Assembly (NCBI GenBank): GCA_965601925.1
Contig: OZ271854.1
Location: 3,136,001-3,200,000, forward strand
Source: Alkalispirochaeta sp.
GTDB taxonomy: Bacteria; Spirochaetota; Spirochaetia; DSM-27196; Alkalispirochaetaceae
Reading direction: 5' to 3'
DNA: 64,000 bases
Shown here one piece after another: positions 38,317 to 48,718 of this stretch. The notes beneath the pieces were generated by a model. The model was not told the origin of the DNA. It did not search any database and was given only the letters and a program-made list of their open reading frames with translations. A program made the position numbers and the translations under genes. Within the stretch, counting starts at the first letter, position 1. Every line of letters starts with the position of its first letter.

Positions 38317-39399
38317 TCAGCCCTTCGTACGGGCGAACTCACCCATAAACGCGGTGAGCGCCTCTACGCCGGCAAGGCTCATGGCGTTGTAGATCGAGGC
38401 GCGGCAGCCGCCCACGTCGCGGTGACCCTTAAGGCCGAGCATATCAACGCTCTTGGCTTCAGCGATAAACTCCTTCTCCAACTCCTCGGTGGGGAGTCGA
38501 AAGACGACGTTCATGTCCGAACGGACGGCCCTTTCCACGGGACACGAATAGAAGCCGCCGCTCTCGTCGATCGCTCTGTAGAGCGCCGCGGATTTCTCGG
38601 CGTTGAGCTTCTCGATTCCCTCGACTCCGCCTTTGCCCTTGAGCCACTTCAGAACCTTGTTGACCGCGTATATCGAGAAGACCGGCGGCGTATTGTACAG
38701 GGAATCCTTGTCGGCGTGGGTCTTGTAGCGCAAGTACGCGGGCAGTTTCTCGCGGACGCCCTCGGCCAGGTCCTCACGGATTACCACAACCGTAACGCCG
38801 GACGGGCCGATGTTCTTCTGCGCCCCAGCGTAGATGATGCCGAAGTCGGCGATATTTACCGGCCGGCTTAAGATATCGGAAGACATGTCGGCCACAAGCG
38901 GCACCGACCCGGTCTTGGGAAAGCCCTTCCATTGGATGCCGCCGATGGTCTCGTTGGACGTGACGTGAACGTACGCCGAGTCCGCTTGCGGTTTGATTGT
39001 GGCGGGATCGGGTAGGGTAGTGAACTTCGTATCGCTTCCGTCCCACATCAACCGCGCACTGCCGACCTTCTTAGCGTCGCCGAAAGCCTTCTTTGCCCAC
39101 GCTCCGCTCAAAGTATAGTCCGCGGTCTTCCCTTCGGCGAGGAGGTTCAGCGGAACCATCCCGAACTGGAGCGTCGCTCCGCCGCCCACAAAGAGCACCT
39201 TGTAGTTCTCCGGGATGTGCAACAATTCGCGAAAGAGCGCGACCGTCTCGGTATGCACCGCGTCGTACATCGGGCTACGGTGGCTCGTCTCGATCATCGA
39301 GAGTCCCTCGCCGTTGTAGTCTACCAACTCGCCCCTGAGTTCCTCCAACACCTCGACCGGAAGCGTCGAGGGACCGGCATAGAAGTTGTATTTTCTCAC
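38317..39399 (-). CDS. serC: Phosphoserine aminotransferase
   Basis: NFYAGPS, ETSHRS, GGATLQF, DMSSD, GAQKN, NTPP, GHR.VGG.RASIYN. Confidence 0.97.
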   Translation of the reverse strand: MRKYNFYAGPSTLPVEVLEELRGELVDYNGEGLSMIETSHRSPMYDAVHTETVALFRELLHIPENYKVLFVGGGATLQFGMVPLNLLAEGKTADYTLSGAWAKKAFGDAKKVGSARLMWDGSDTKFTTLPDPATIKPQADSAYVHVTSNETIGGIQWKGFPKTGSVPLVADMSSDILSRPVNIADFGIIYAGAQKNIGPSGVTVVVIREDLAEGVREKLPAYLRYKTHADKDSLYNTPPVFSIYAVNKVLKWLKGKGGVEGIEKLNAEKSAALYRAIDESGGFYSCPVERAVRSDMNVVFRLPTEELEKEFIAEAKSVDMLGLKGHRDVGGCRASIYNAMSLAGVEALTAFMGEFARTKG

Positions 39400-39400
39400 G

Positions 39401-40618
39401 TTATTCCTCCATCGCGGTGATGCTGACGCTGTAGATATGGGGACTCGAGCTCTCGATACGCCGTAACGCCGCATCGCTCAAGCCCGTATCGATCTGAATG
39501 TTCGCGCACGCCCCCTCGGCGCCCTTGAAGATGATGTTCTCCATCCGCTCTACATTGATCTTCTCTTCTCGCACTACGTCAAGTACGTCGGCGAGAATTC
39601 CGACCGTGTTTTTGTGACGAATCGAGAGGAGGTATTTGGCCGGCGTCTTGAGCAGCAGGTTAACGCAGTTCGGTACCGTGCCGCCGGCGATATACTCGCT
39701 CACGATACGCACCGTCTCGTCGGCTACCGCCAACTGCGCCTGCTCGGTGGAGGCGCCGATGTGGTGCGTTCCGTAGACCCCGGGCCTCTGCGCCAACTCA
39801 TTCACAAACTCGCCGCTCTTACCCCCCGGTTCGTTATGGAATACGTCCAGTCCCGCCTTGATACCCTTCGTATCGACGGCTTTGATGAGCGCCGCCTCAT
39901 CTACGACTTCCGCGCGAGAGGTGTTGATGAACCACGCCCCGGGTTTCATTGCGGCAAAAAACTCGGTGCCGATCATCTCCCTGGTGTCCGGCGTCATCGC
40001 CAGGTGGACGCTTACGATGTCAACCTCCGTGGCGCACGCCAACGGGGTCTTGCAATGGATCACGCCCAACGCTCCTGCGCGCTCTGTCGTCAGAGAACGG
40101 CTCCACGCATAGACGGTCATTCCGAACGCCTTGGCGCGCGCAACGACCTCCTGTCCGATACGTCCGGTACCGATTATGCCGAGTTTTTTACCGGCGATAC
40201 CGTCCGCTTTGGAGTACTCCGCCTTGTTCCAGACGCCCTTTCTCAGGTCCGCGACGTTCTCGGGGATGCGACGGTCGATGCTCATGATGAGGCCCATGGC
40301 GAGTTCCGCTACCGCGACGGCGTTTTTCCCGGGGCAGTTGGCGACATACACGCTCTTGCGAGACGCGGCGTCGACGTCGATCGTGTTGTATCCCGCCCCG
40401 GCACGAATGATCACCTTAAGTGCCGCGGCGGCGTCGATCATTGCCGCGTTTACTTTGGTTGATCGCACGATCAATACTTCGGGTTGAACTGCTTCGATAC
40501 CGCCGACGAGTTGATCATCTTTCCAACTCGCCTCGTAGGTGACCTCGCACCCCAGGCTCTTCAGCTTCGTTACGGCGGTGTCGGGAAACTTGTCCGCAAT
40601 CAGTACTCGTACCGGCAT
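39401..40618 (-). CDS. serA: D-3-phosphoglycerate dehydrogenase with a C-terminal ACT domain
   Basis: RAGAGYNTID, GTGRIG, NTSR, DVF..EP, HIGASTEQAQ; directly upstream of serC. Confidence 0.92.
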   Translation of the reverse strand: MPVRVLIADKFPDTAVTKLKSLGCEVTYEASWKDDQLVGGIEAVQPEVLIVRSTKVNAAMIDAAAALKVIIRAGAGYNTIDVDAASRKSVYVANCPGKNAVAVAELAMGLIMSIDRRIPENVADLRKGVWNKAEYSKADGIAGKKLGIIGTGRIGQEVVARAKAFGMTVYAWSRSLTTERAGALGVIHCKTPLACATEVDIVSVHLAMTPDTREMIGTEFFAAMKPGAWFINTSRAEVVDEAALIKAVDTKGIKAGLDVFHNEPGGKSGEFVNELAQRPGVYGTHHIGASTEQAQLAVADETVRIVSEYIAGGTVPNCVNLLLKTPAKYLLSIRHKNTVGILADVLDVVREEKINVERMENIIFKGAEGACANIQIDTGLSDAALRRIESSSPHIYSVSITAMEE

Positions 40619-40875
40619 GGTATTCTCCTCTCTATTTCCAGAACACTTGTATAGCGACGTGATGCGACCCCGGACCGTTCATATCGAGACCGATGCGTGC
40701 GTGCGGTCCGTCTCCTTGTAGACTATCAGAATTTGCGTAACGAGGTCAAATATTTTTTTGCATAATCACAAAAAACTCATGTCAATATAATCATATACAC
40801 ATTATTTAGCGTATTCGCTTGTAATTCACGTCGCACGCGGTTACATTCTTTGCACAATGGCACAACGAGGTCGCG

Positions 40876-41337
40876 ATGTCTTCGAAAGACTTTGAGCTCG
40901 ATAAAACGAGCCTTCTGATCCTTCGCGAGTTGCAGAAGGACGGGCGGGTCTCGTTCCGAACTATCGCCAATAAGTTGGATATCTCCGACGGCACGGTACG
41001 AACGCGGGTCGATCAGATGATGGAGAGCGGATTTCTCAAAATCTCGGCCCTCATCGATCCCTTTTTTTTCAAGAACAGCATCCTCGCTCACATCGGCATG
41101 CAGTTGGAGAGTCGAACGCATCTGGAAACTATGCGTAGGATCGCCGAACTCGATGGGGTGCTGTCGGTCTGCAACACAGCCGGCGAGTACGACCTCTTCG
41201 TCGAGGTCTTTCTCCGATCCCGGGAAGAGCTCAACAGCTTTCTTTTTGAAATTTTACCGGGAATCGACGGTATCAAGAACACCCACACGTGGGTCTATCT
41301 GGACGGCCGCCGCAAGCGCATCGAGGCGCGGATCTGA
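40876..41337 (+). CDS. Lrp/AsnC-family regulator
   Basis: LDKTSLLILRELQKDGR.SF..IA..L.IS.GTVRTRV, TAGEYDL. Confidence 0.93.
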   Translation: MSSKDFELDKTSLLILRELQKDGRVSFRTIANKLDISDGTVRTRVDQMMESGFLKISALIDPFFFKNSILAHIGMQLESRTHLETMRRIAELDGVLSVCNTAGEYDLFVEVFLRSREELNSFLFEILPGIDGIKNTHTWVYLDGRRKRIEARI

Positions 41338-41429
41338 CAATTCACTGTGAGCTCCCGCCGTCCGTGATACCTTCCGCTCAATGACGACGGGGAGTTCGGA
41401 TCGTCGATCGGCTTCCCGATAGTCTCCGG

Positions 41430-42398
41430 TTACGGTCCGTACAACCGTCTGTACTCGCGCGGCGCCATACCGGTAATTCGCTCAAACAATGCGCGAAAGC
41501 TTCCGATATCATCGTAGCCTATCGCGGCGGCTACGGCGGAGACCGACGCATCGGGGAGAGATTCGAACAACCGTTTCGCCCTCTCGATGCGTACCCGCCT
41601 GATGTACTCGAACGGCGAGTTCCCCGTCGCCGTCCTGAACCGCCGTGTGAAGTTTCGTGTGCTCATGGCGACGCTTTGGGCCAACGCCGTGATCGATCCG
41701 ACGTCGCCGACGTGCTCCTCGATGAACGATTGAGCACGCAATATCGTCGTATCTCCGTGTCTCTTCTGGCCGCTGAAGATGGCGTACGCCGACTGCGGAG
41801 CTTTGGAGCGGTCGATGAGTAGCACGCGCGCCGCCGTCCGCGCCGTCTCCGTTCCGCAGTGCTTTTCCACGAGATATATCGCAAGATTGAGGAATGATGT
41901 CGCACCTCCGGCGGTGATGATGCGACCCTCGTCGACGATGATCGCCTCCGGTTGCAATCGAATCGTCGGAAAACGGAGGCGAAAGCTTCGCTCGAACGCC
42001 CAATGGGTGGTCGCTCGCTTGCCGTCAAGCAGACCGGCCGCGGCCAAGAGAAATGAACCGGTGCAGAACGACGCAACCTCTCCGCCTGCGCGGTAGTGGC
42101 GCCGCAACCAATCGATACATCGATGCTCGTCTCCGATTCGTGACGCCGGATCGCCTTCGAGGGCCGGTACGATAACCAGATCGAGATTCGTCGTCTCTTC
42201 GAGCACGGCGTTACAGTGGAGCGGTAGCCCCGAATCGGTCTCGACGCAAGCCTCCGACACACCGATCAACAGTACTTCGAATGCCGCCTCACCGGTATTC
42301 TCGCGATGTATCGTCGATGCTTTGCGTATGATATCCGCCGGACCGACGGCCGTTAGGGCCGTGCAGCCGTCAAAAACGAGAACGCCGACACTCTTCAC
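41430..42398 (-). CDS. GlxA-family regulator (DJ-1/PfpI domain plus AraC HTH)
   Basis: SFCTGSFLLAAAGLLDGKRATTHW, MSTRNFTRRF, GYDDIGSFR. Start inferred at GTG 42398. Confidence 0.92.
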   Translation of the reverse strand: MKSVGVLVFDGCTALTAVGPADIIRKASTIHRENTGEAAFEVLLIGVSEACVETDSGLPLHCNAVLEETTNLDLVIVPALEGDPASRIGDEHRCIDWLRRHYRAGGEVASFCTGSFLLAAAGLLDGKRATTHWAFERSFRLRFPTIRLQPEAIIVDEGRIITAGGATSFLNLAIYLVEKHCGTETARTAARVLLIDRSKAPQSAYAIFSGQKRHGDTTILRAQSFIEEHVGDVGSITALAQSVAMSTRNFTRRFRTATGNSPFEYIRRVRIERAKRLFESLPDASVSAVAAAIGYDDIGSFRALFERITGMAPREYRRLYGP

Positions 42399-42506
42399 GT
42401 CCTCATTATACCATCGAATGGCCGAATCACCATCGGTGTTTGGCTCGTCGGCCACTCCGTACGACCGCTCTCATCGAGTATTGTTTTCCGTGAAAGGAGT
42501 TGCACG

Positions 42507-42914
42507 ATGAAGATCGGACGTTTTGTCGGGGCAGTGGTCGCCGGAACGGTGTTGAGTACGGTCGCCAATACACTCTACTACGCGGTCACCGCACACGCTC
42601 ATACGTGGGCGGCGACGCGGAGTGAACCGCTGTTCGGGCTTATGATGTTGAATCACGTCGTTTTTGCCCTGCTTCTGACCGCCGTCTACCCGATGATGCG
42701 GCGGCGGGCTTCGGCGTGGCGCGACGGGTTCACATTCGGCGTGCTCATGGGGCTCATCATGTTCGTTCCGACGGGGCTAGTCGTGAGGGCGGCGTGGACC
42801 GTACCGATAACGGCTTTCTTTGCCGCCGATATTCTCTTTCACGCCCTGGTCACCGGAGGGCTCGGTGTCGTCGTCGCCACGATTCTGGGGCCAAGGACGA
42901 CCGTCGGCGCGTAG
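42507..42914 (+). CDS. Small four-TM membrane protein (DUF1761-like)
   Basis: Four hydrophobic helices; AAAGGAG RBS; divergent from the GlxA regulator. Confidence 0.7.
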   Translation: MKIGRFVGAVVAGTVLSTVANTLYYAVTAHAHTWAATRSEPLFGLMMLNHVVFALLLTAVYPMMRRRASAWRDGFTFGVLMGLIMFVPTGLVVRAAWTVPITAFFAADILFHALVTGGLGVVVATILGPRTTVGA

Positions 42915-42932
42915 CGCCCCACCGACGCGCCG

Positions 42933-44522
42933 CTACGGTTCGTTTTGAACGCTCGGAAGCGTGACCGTGACCTCTGCGCCCGTCCGTCCGTCGCTCCGGC
43001 CGCCGGCTTGTACCGTGCCGCCGACCGACTCCGCGATGGAGCGTACGATACTCAGCCCCAGTCCCAAGTGGCCGTTGCGATCGGCCCGGGAGGTATAGAA
43101 CCGATCGAAGGCGCGCTCGATCTCTTCGAATCCTCCTCCCTCGTCGCGTACCCGCAGAATCACCCACTCACCCTCCCGAACGGAGGAGGTGCTCCCTTCG
43201 ACGGCGATCGTGGAGCCGTCCGGTGAGAAGCTGCGAGCGTTGTCCACGAGGTTATCGACGATTTGATACAGACGATGCTCGGTTAAGGGTACGCGCGAGG
43301 CGGCGGCATCCGACGAGAGATCAAGGGTCACGGTGTGGTGAGCGTAGCGGGAACGCGCCTCCTGCGTCGCACCGATGAGTGCCCCCTCCACAGCACTCGA
43401 TGCGCGCGGATCGACGCCGGCATCTATGCGGGAGAGTTCTCGTACACCTTCGATGATCGCCTGGGCGCGTGCGACGTCGGCGCGGGCGCGATACAAGCAC
43501 TGCTGCCGGCGCTCTTCGTCGCCTGGGTCGAGCGCCATTTCGCAGTTGGCCGCGATACTCGCCAGCGGGTTTTTCAACTCGTGCGACACGTCCGAGGCGA
43601 ACCCCTCCAGACGACTCGTATATCCCTGAATCTGTGACGTGAGCTCCGACAGCGAGCGCGACAACCCGCCGATCTCATCCCGTCTCCGTGCCGGCAGGAT
43701 CGGAGCGCGGAGCCGTCCGTGTTCGTCCACCGCTTCGCGGGAGCGCCGCTCGATGAGTGCGATCGGACGTGCGATGGTGAGTGAGAGAAAGATGCTGACG
43801 ACGATCGACGCCGCCAAGCACCAGAGGAACGTCGTGAATACATCGATGCGAATTCGGTAGAGATTCTGCAGTATGCGAAACGTCGACTGCGAAGCGAGAA
43901 CGGCGCCTACCACCTCCCCGTTTCGCCGGATCGGCAACGCGCTGTAGAGCGTAACCGAAATCTGTCCGCCGGCGGAGACGCGCGTGGCCGCACCGTATCG
44001 GCCCTCCAGAGCCGCCCGTACTTCGCTCCCGCTGCGAAATGTAGCTGTCGCATAGAAGTCGGCGGTCGGTAGCGGCGTCTGCGGTTCCCCCGCGAGGCTG
44101 CGAGCCGTACGGGCGGGCAACGAGCCGGCGCGATATAACAGCGACTCACGCGGACCGGGAGCGGGTTCGACCGGCGAGGAGCGAGGCGTCTCGGGGGACT
44201 CCGGAGCTGCAAGCGGTGCCAATGTGCTTGTATCCGCGAGGAGATTGCCCTCACCGTCGATGACGCGCAGTCGGGAGCGATGTTGACCTCGCAACGCCCT
44301 CAACAACGCTTGTGCGCTCGGTCCGTCCACCGTCGGAGAGATCGAAAGGGCGGCGGCGACGATACGCCCCTGCTGTACCAAGCTCTGTTCCAGGGCGTCC
44401 AGGAGTTGTTCTTCGTAGGTGTCCAAGAACAGTAGCGAGGCGATCGGCAGGAAGACGATCAGGACGTTGAGCACGAGAATGCGCGTCGCGATTCGAAAGA
44501 CGAGGGGACGTCGCTCAGCCAC
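42933..44522 (-). CDS. Sensor histidine kinase (CreC/ChvG-like)
   Basis: Two TMs, HAMP (RRDEIG.L), H-box DVSHELKNPL, NLVDNA.SFSP, DEGGG, HLGLGL. Confidence 0.92.
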   Translation of the reverse strand: MAERRPLVFRIATRILVLNVLIVFLPIASLLFLDTYEEQLLDALEQSLVQQGRIVAAALSISPTVDGPSAQALLRALRGQHRSRLRVIDGEGNLLADTSTLAPLAAPESPETPRSSPVEPAPGPRESLLYRAGSLPARTARSLAGEPQTPLPTADFYATATFRSGSEVRAALEGRYGAATRVSAGGQISVTLYSALPIRRNGEVVGAVLASQSTFRILQNLYRIRIDVFTTFLWCLAASIVVSIFLSLTIARPIALIERRSREAVDEHGRLRAPILPARRRDEIGGLSRSLSELTSQIQGYTSRLEGFASDVSHELKNPLASIAANCEMALDPGDEERRQQCLYRARADVARAQAIIEGVRELSRIDAGVDPRASSAVEGALIGATQEARSRYAHHTVTLDLSSDAAASRVPLTEHRLYQIVDNLVDNARSFSPDGSTIAVEGSTSSVREGEWVILRVRDEGGGFEEIERAFDRFYTSRADRNGHLGLGLSIVRSIAESVGGTVQAGGRSDGRTGAEVTVTLPSVQNEP

Positions 44523-45225
44523 CGGCGCGGCTCTCGTGGTAGCGGTAACCCGCTCCGTAGACCGCCGAGATCGCACCGAAGGCGGCGCCCGACTCTTCGA
44601 ACTTTCTGCGAATGCGCCGAATATGGCTATCGATACTGCGCTCGGTGACGAACACGTCGTCGGGATAGGCGGCGCGAAGCAGTTGCTCCCGGCTGAGTAC
44701 CGCGCCCTCGTGGCGTACCAGCGCCTCGAGGAGCGAGAACTCGGTGACCGTCAGCGGTATCACCTCGTCGCGCCATCGGACGCGGATCGCCTCGGGGTCC
44801 AATGTAAGATCGCCGCAGACGAGTTGCGGCCTCGAGACGGCGTGTGTCGCACCACGAGCGGCAAGGTGCACGCGCCGCTCCAGGGCGCGTACCCGTGCTA
44901 CGAGCTCGCGTACCGAGAAGGGCTTGCAGAGATAGTCGTCCGCGCCGAGCTCCAACCCCACGACGCGATCGATCTCCTCATCTTTGGAACTCAGAAATAT
45001 AACCGGCATTGTTTGCGAGCGAGCGCGAATACGGCGGCACAGCTCCAGACCGTCCATGCGCGGCATTACGATATCGAGTATCGCGAGATCGGGAATACGA
45101 TTCGTCCACGCGTGCCACGCCTCTTCTCCGTCTCGGAAGGTCGTTACCGCGTACCCCGCCTCCTCGAGCGCAAGGGCGACCACTTCGCGTACACCCCCTT
45201 CGTCCTCAACAACAGCGACCGTCAT
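44515..45225 (-). CDS. OmpR-family response regulator (CreB/ChvI-like)
   Basis: VVEDE, LDIVMP, GADDYLCKPF, IDSHIRRIRRK, VYGAGY. Confidence 0.93.
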   Translation of the reverse strand: MTVAVVEDEGGVREVVALALEEAGYAVTTFRDGEEAWHAWTNRIPDLAILDIVMPRMDGLELCRRIRARSQTMPVIFLSSKDEEIDRVVGLELGADDYLCKPFSVRELVARVRALERRVHLAARGATHAVSRPQLVCGDLTLDPEAIRVRWRDEVIPLTVTEFSLLEALVRHEGAVLSREQLLRAAYPDDVFVTERSIDSHIRRIRRKFEESGAAFGAISAVYGAGYRYHESRAGG

Positions 45226-45289
45226 GTATCCGAGAGCGTACCACACCGTATCTTACCGCACCATCGCGTCGCGTACCGACGGGGCAATG

Positions 45290-45305
45290 GTCACTATTCG
45301 GTCAC
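45290..45305 (+). promoter_or_regulatory. cre-tag-like direct repeat
   Basis: GTCAC-TATTCG-GTCAC (11-bp period) upstream of creD, with a candidate -10 GACAAT at 45324-45329. Confidence 0.65.
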
Positions 45306-45380
45306 ATTTGATCGTTGTTTCGTGACAATGGGAGCGCAATGTCGTCGCAACGAGGCGGTATCCTTCGCATCGAGGTTATT

Positions 45381-46778
45381 ATGGACACGGAAACAAACAA
45401 CAATGGTTTTTGGAGATCGCCCGGGTTTCGGACGGGTTTGAGAATCGTCGTCTTGATCGTGCTGCTTCTGGTACTGCTTGTTCCGTTGCATATGGTGCGT
45501 TCTATCGTCCGGGAGCGCGAACGCCGGCACGCTCAGACGGTGGAAGAGATCGTGACCCTGCAAGGTGGGCGCCAAGAGCTCATCGGGCCCCTCGTTTCCA
45601 TTCCCATCACCGAGCGTTACCTCGACGACGAGGGTATAGCGCGATTTCGCGTCAGAGATGTGTTGGTTGTGTCGGAGGCGATGGAAGCGACGGTCACGCT
45701 CGATCCCGAGCTTTTGTCGCGGGGTATCTACGAGGTTCCGGTATATGAGGCCGGTATCGAAATCGGCGCATCGGTTACGTTACCGTCCGCCGAGGAGATC
45801 TCCTTCGCCGGTACCGGTGTACAACAGATACACTGGAATGAAGCGGTTCTTGTGCTCGGAATACACGGCGTCTCGGGGTTGCGCACCGCCCCTTCGGTAA
45901 CGGTAGACGGCCTCTCTTCCGAAGTCGAAAGCGGAGGCGGCGGTCTCTCCTCGATTCGGACGACCTTTGAGGGTGATGCGCCGAGTCGGGGTGCCTACGA
46001 GCGCGGATTCAGCGTCGTGCTTCCCAACGCGGGGCCCGGTACGAACCACGATATCGCGCTCTCCCTCGCCCTATCCGGCGGCAGAAGTTTTCACGCCGTT
46101 CCCACGGCTGAGCATTCTTCCATTGTCATGGAATCCGGCTGGACGAGCCCGAGTTTTACCGGTGATCTGTTACCGAGCTCCCGCAGTCTCTCCGAGGACG
46201 GATTCAGCGCCGAGTGGGAGATGACCGCCCTTGGAATGGGCATGCCCGATCTGTGGATAGGCGGCGCGACGTATCCCGAGTGGTTGGAGACCTCTCGGGT
46301 GGGCGTCGCGCTATTTCAACCGGTAAATCACTATCAACAGACCTTGCGTTCGGTCAAATACGGAGTACTCTTTCTCTTGCTCCCCTTTGTCGCACTCTTT
46401 CTCTTGGAAATGCTCACCGGCGCCAGCATTCATCCGGTTCAGTACCTCCTGATTGCCGCCGCAAAGATCGTCTTTTACCTCTTGCTCCTGTCTCTCAGCG
46501 AGCACATACCCTTCGTAGCGGCCTACTGGAGCGGCGCGACGGCTACCGTCGTTTTGGCGACGCTCTACGTCGCGGCATTTCTGCGCCGAAAGAGTCATGC
46601 GTTCCTTTTGGGCGGGATGATCGCCGCAGAGTACGTATTTCTCTTTTCGGCGCTGCAGAGCGAGGACTACGCGCTTCTCATCGGCTCGGTCGGCCTGTTC
46701 GCGCTGTTGGCGGCCGTGATGATGGCGACGCGGAGAATCGATTGGTGCGGAGGCGTCGGTGAGAGACGCGTGACGTAG
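45381..46778 (+). CDS. creD: Inner membrane protein CreD
   Basis: Q.LIGP, RGIYEVPVY, W.SPSF.GD.LP, GFSAEW, YQQTLRSVKYG, IHPVQYLL, EDYALLIGS, TRRIDW. Confidence 0.93.
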   Translation: MDTETNNNGFWRSPGFRTGLRIVVLIVLLLVLLVPLHMVRSIVRERERRHAQTVEEIVTLQGGRQELIGPLVSIPITERYLDDEGIARFRVRDVLVVSEAMEATVTLDPELLSRGIYEVPVYEAGIEIGASVTLPSAEEISFAGTGVQQIHWNEAVLVLGIHGVSGLRTAPSVTVDGLSSEVESGGGGLSSIRTTFEGDAPSRGAYERGFSVVLPNAGPGTNHDIALSLALSGGRSFHAVPTAEHSSIVMESGWTSPSFTGDLLPSSRSLSEDGFSAEWEMTALGMGMPDLWIGGATYPEWLETSRVGVALFQPVNHYQQTLRSVKYGVLFLLLPFVALFLLEMLTGASIHPVQYLLIAAAKIVFYLLLLSLSEHIPFVAAYWSGATATVVLATLYVAAFLRRKSHAFLLGGMIAAEYVFLFSALQSEDYALLIGSVGLFALLAAVMMATRRIDWCGGVGERRVT

Positions 46779-46903
46779 AGAGGTTCACGGCGTGTAACGA
46801 CGGAGGTCCTCCGTGGTTAACGATAGTAGGTGCGACCCGTATCCCCGGCGGGCATAGGCGCTGCGTGCGTGTCTCGAGTACGGGTCGGTCAGGGGGTGAG
46901 GTT

Positions 46904-47149
46904 ATGAGTGTAGAGCAGTTGGCCGCGTTTTTGCTGTGGTGCGCCGTGTTGAACAGCGGTCTCTTAGTCCTGTGGGGGCTGCTGTTCCTCTTCGGTCGCC
47001 GCGTAATGTTTTCGATCCACGCGAGATGGTTCGCGCTCAGCGAGGAGAGCTTCGCGCGTATTCACTACGCGGGCATGCTATGTTACAAGCTCGGAATTGT
47101 TCTCTTTACCATTGTCCCGTTTGTCGTGTTGAGGCTTTTTGTGATGTAG
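46904..47149 (+). CDS. Small membrane protein (DUF6868-like)
   Basis: FLLWCAVLN.G.L..W..IHARWFALSEE.F..IHY.GM..YKL...VPF; GAGG RBS. Confidence 0.75.
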   Translation: MSVEQLAAFLLWCAVLNSGLLVLWGLLFLFGRRVMFSIHARWFALSEESFARIHYAGMLCYKLGIVLFTIVPFVVLRLFVM

Positions 47150-47201
47150 AGAGGTGCCCGGCCCGGCTCACGTGCCGGGGCACGGAGCGGATGTACAACC
47201 G

Positions 47202-47615
47202 CTATCGCAGAACCGCCAAGAGGTGTTCCTCGATCTCCTGCATGTTAAGCTGTAACGTCGACGACTTACCCTCCGGTTTGGCGAGTACGTCGGCGGCGCC
47301 GAGAACGCGCGCCTTTTTCACATTCGTCTCGTTCTCACTCATAGTGCCGCTCAAGATCACCACCGGCATACGCGGGTCGATCGTTCCCTCCCGTTGCATC
47401 GTTTTGATCTCTTTGAGCGCCGTGAGACCGTCTTTCTCCGGCATCTCGACATCGAAGCAGGCGATGTCCGGTTTTTTCTCCACGATCATATCGATACCTT
47501 CCTGACCGTTTTTCGCCAGATAGACTTCGTCCCAGTTTCCACTTCCGGCGAGGTAACCCTCCATGCCGGCCCGGATGAGTAGCGAGTCGTCGACAATGAT
47601 TATGCGGTATCCCAT
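47202..47615 (-). CDS. Single-domain response regulator (CheB-type receiver)
   Basis: VDDSLLIR, AKNGQEG, PDIACFDVEMP..DGL, ILSG, KP; AGGAGG RBS. Confidence 0.88.
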   Translation of the reverse strand: MGYRIIIVDDSLLIRAGMEGYLAGSGNWDEVYLAKNGQEGIDMIVEKKPDIACFDVEMPEKDGLTALKEIKTMQREGTIDPRMPVVILSGTMSENETNVKKARVLGAADVLAKPEGKSSTLQLNMQEIEEHLLAVLR

Positions 47616-47656
47616 CGTAGTGCCTCCTGTGCGCCTCTTGGTCGGCCGCGGCGCTC

Positions 47657-48718
47657 CTACCGACCGTGCAGTAAATGCTCTCTGATTCGGTCGGCAATGG
47701 TGTCAAGAGAGCATACGTCGTGTGCCGCGCCGATGTCGATCGCCTCCTTGGGCATACCGAAGACGATCGACGACTCTTCATCTTGGGCGATCGTGTACCC
47801 GCCCCGGTCCTTGATCGCCTTTAACCCTTCCGCACCGTCTCGGCCCATACCGGTGAGGATAACCGCGCACGTGTTCGCCCCCATCGCCTCGGCGACGGAA
47901 TGGAATAGGACGTCGACGGACGGACGGCAGTTGTGGACCTTTGCCTCACGATGCAATCGCACGATCATGTCCGTTCCGCGACCGTGGAGCTCCATGTGAT
48001 CGTTTCCCGGTGCGATGTACACCGTGCCGTCCCGTAGCGCTTCGCCCGCTTCGGCCTCCTTGACACGCACTTCGCACAACGCGTTCAGACGGTCGGCAAA
48101 CGCCTTCGTGAATCCCTGGGGCATGTGGATGACCGCAAGCACCGGCGGCATGTCGGAGCCGAAGGCGCGAAACAATCGTTCCAAAGCGACGGTACCGCCG
48201 GTTGAGGCACCCACTGCTATGAGCTTTTTCGTCGCCTTGAAACGGGAGAACACCCGTGAGCCGGCCTCCGGTCGGGACGACCGGCGCTCTCCCGACCGAA
48301 TGATACTTCGCAGGGTCGAGAAATTCACCGTCGCCGCGGCGCGAATTTTCGTGGCCAAGAGGTCGATTACCTCTTCTACACTGAACGGGCCGCCCGGTTT
48401 GGGGACCAAGTCGACCGCGCCGGCCTCCATCGCCTCCATTGCCAAGCGGTTGTCGCCTTCCAACAGCGATGAGACGATAATCACCGGCATCGGGTAGGAC
48501 TTCATGAGATAGCGCAGGAAGGTGAGGCCGTCCATGCGCGGCATCTCGATGTCGAGGGTAATGACGTCGGGCCGTAGATTCACGATGTGTCGCCGCGCAA
48601 TGTAGGCGTCGGGCGCCGTCGCAACGACCTCGATGTCGTCCACCATAGATAAGCGACTCGTGAGTAGCTCTCGTACCACCGCCGAATCGTCTACGACGAG
48701 CACTTTCGTACTACCCAT
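47657..48718 (-). CDS. cheB: Chemotaxis protein-glutamate methylesterase
   Basis: REC domain plus GASTGG, IHMP, RPSVD, LTGMGRDG. Confidence 0.96.
   Translation of the reverse strand: MGSTKVLVVDDSAVVRELLTSRLSMVDDIEVVATAPDAYIARRHIVNLRPDVITLDIEMPRMDGLTFLRYLMKSYPMPVIIVSSLLEGDNRLAMEAMEAGAVDLVPKPGGPFSVEEVIDLLATKIRAAATVNFSTLRSIIRSGERRSSRPEAGSRVFSRFKATKKLIAVGASTGGTVALERLFRAFGSDMPPVLAVIHMPQGFTKAFADRLNALCEVRVKEAEAGEALRDGTVYIAPGNDHMELHGRGTDMIVRLHREAKVHNCRPSVDVLFHSVAEAMGANTCAVILTGMGRDGAEGLKAIKDRGGYTIAQDEESSIVFGMPKEAIDIGAAHDVCSLDTIADRIREHLLHGR

Noticed and set aside
46783..46798. Second cre-tag (TTCAC...GTAAC) after creD
   Set aside because: 10-bp period and a degenerate second half-site.
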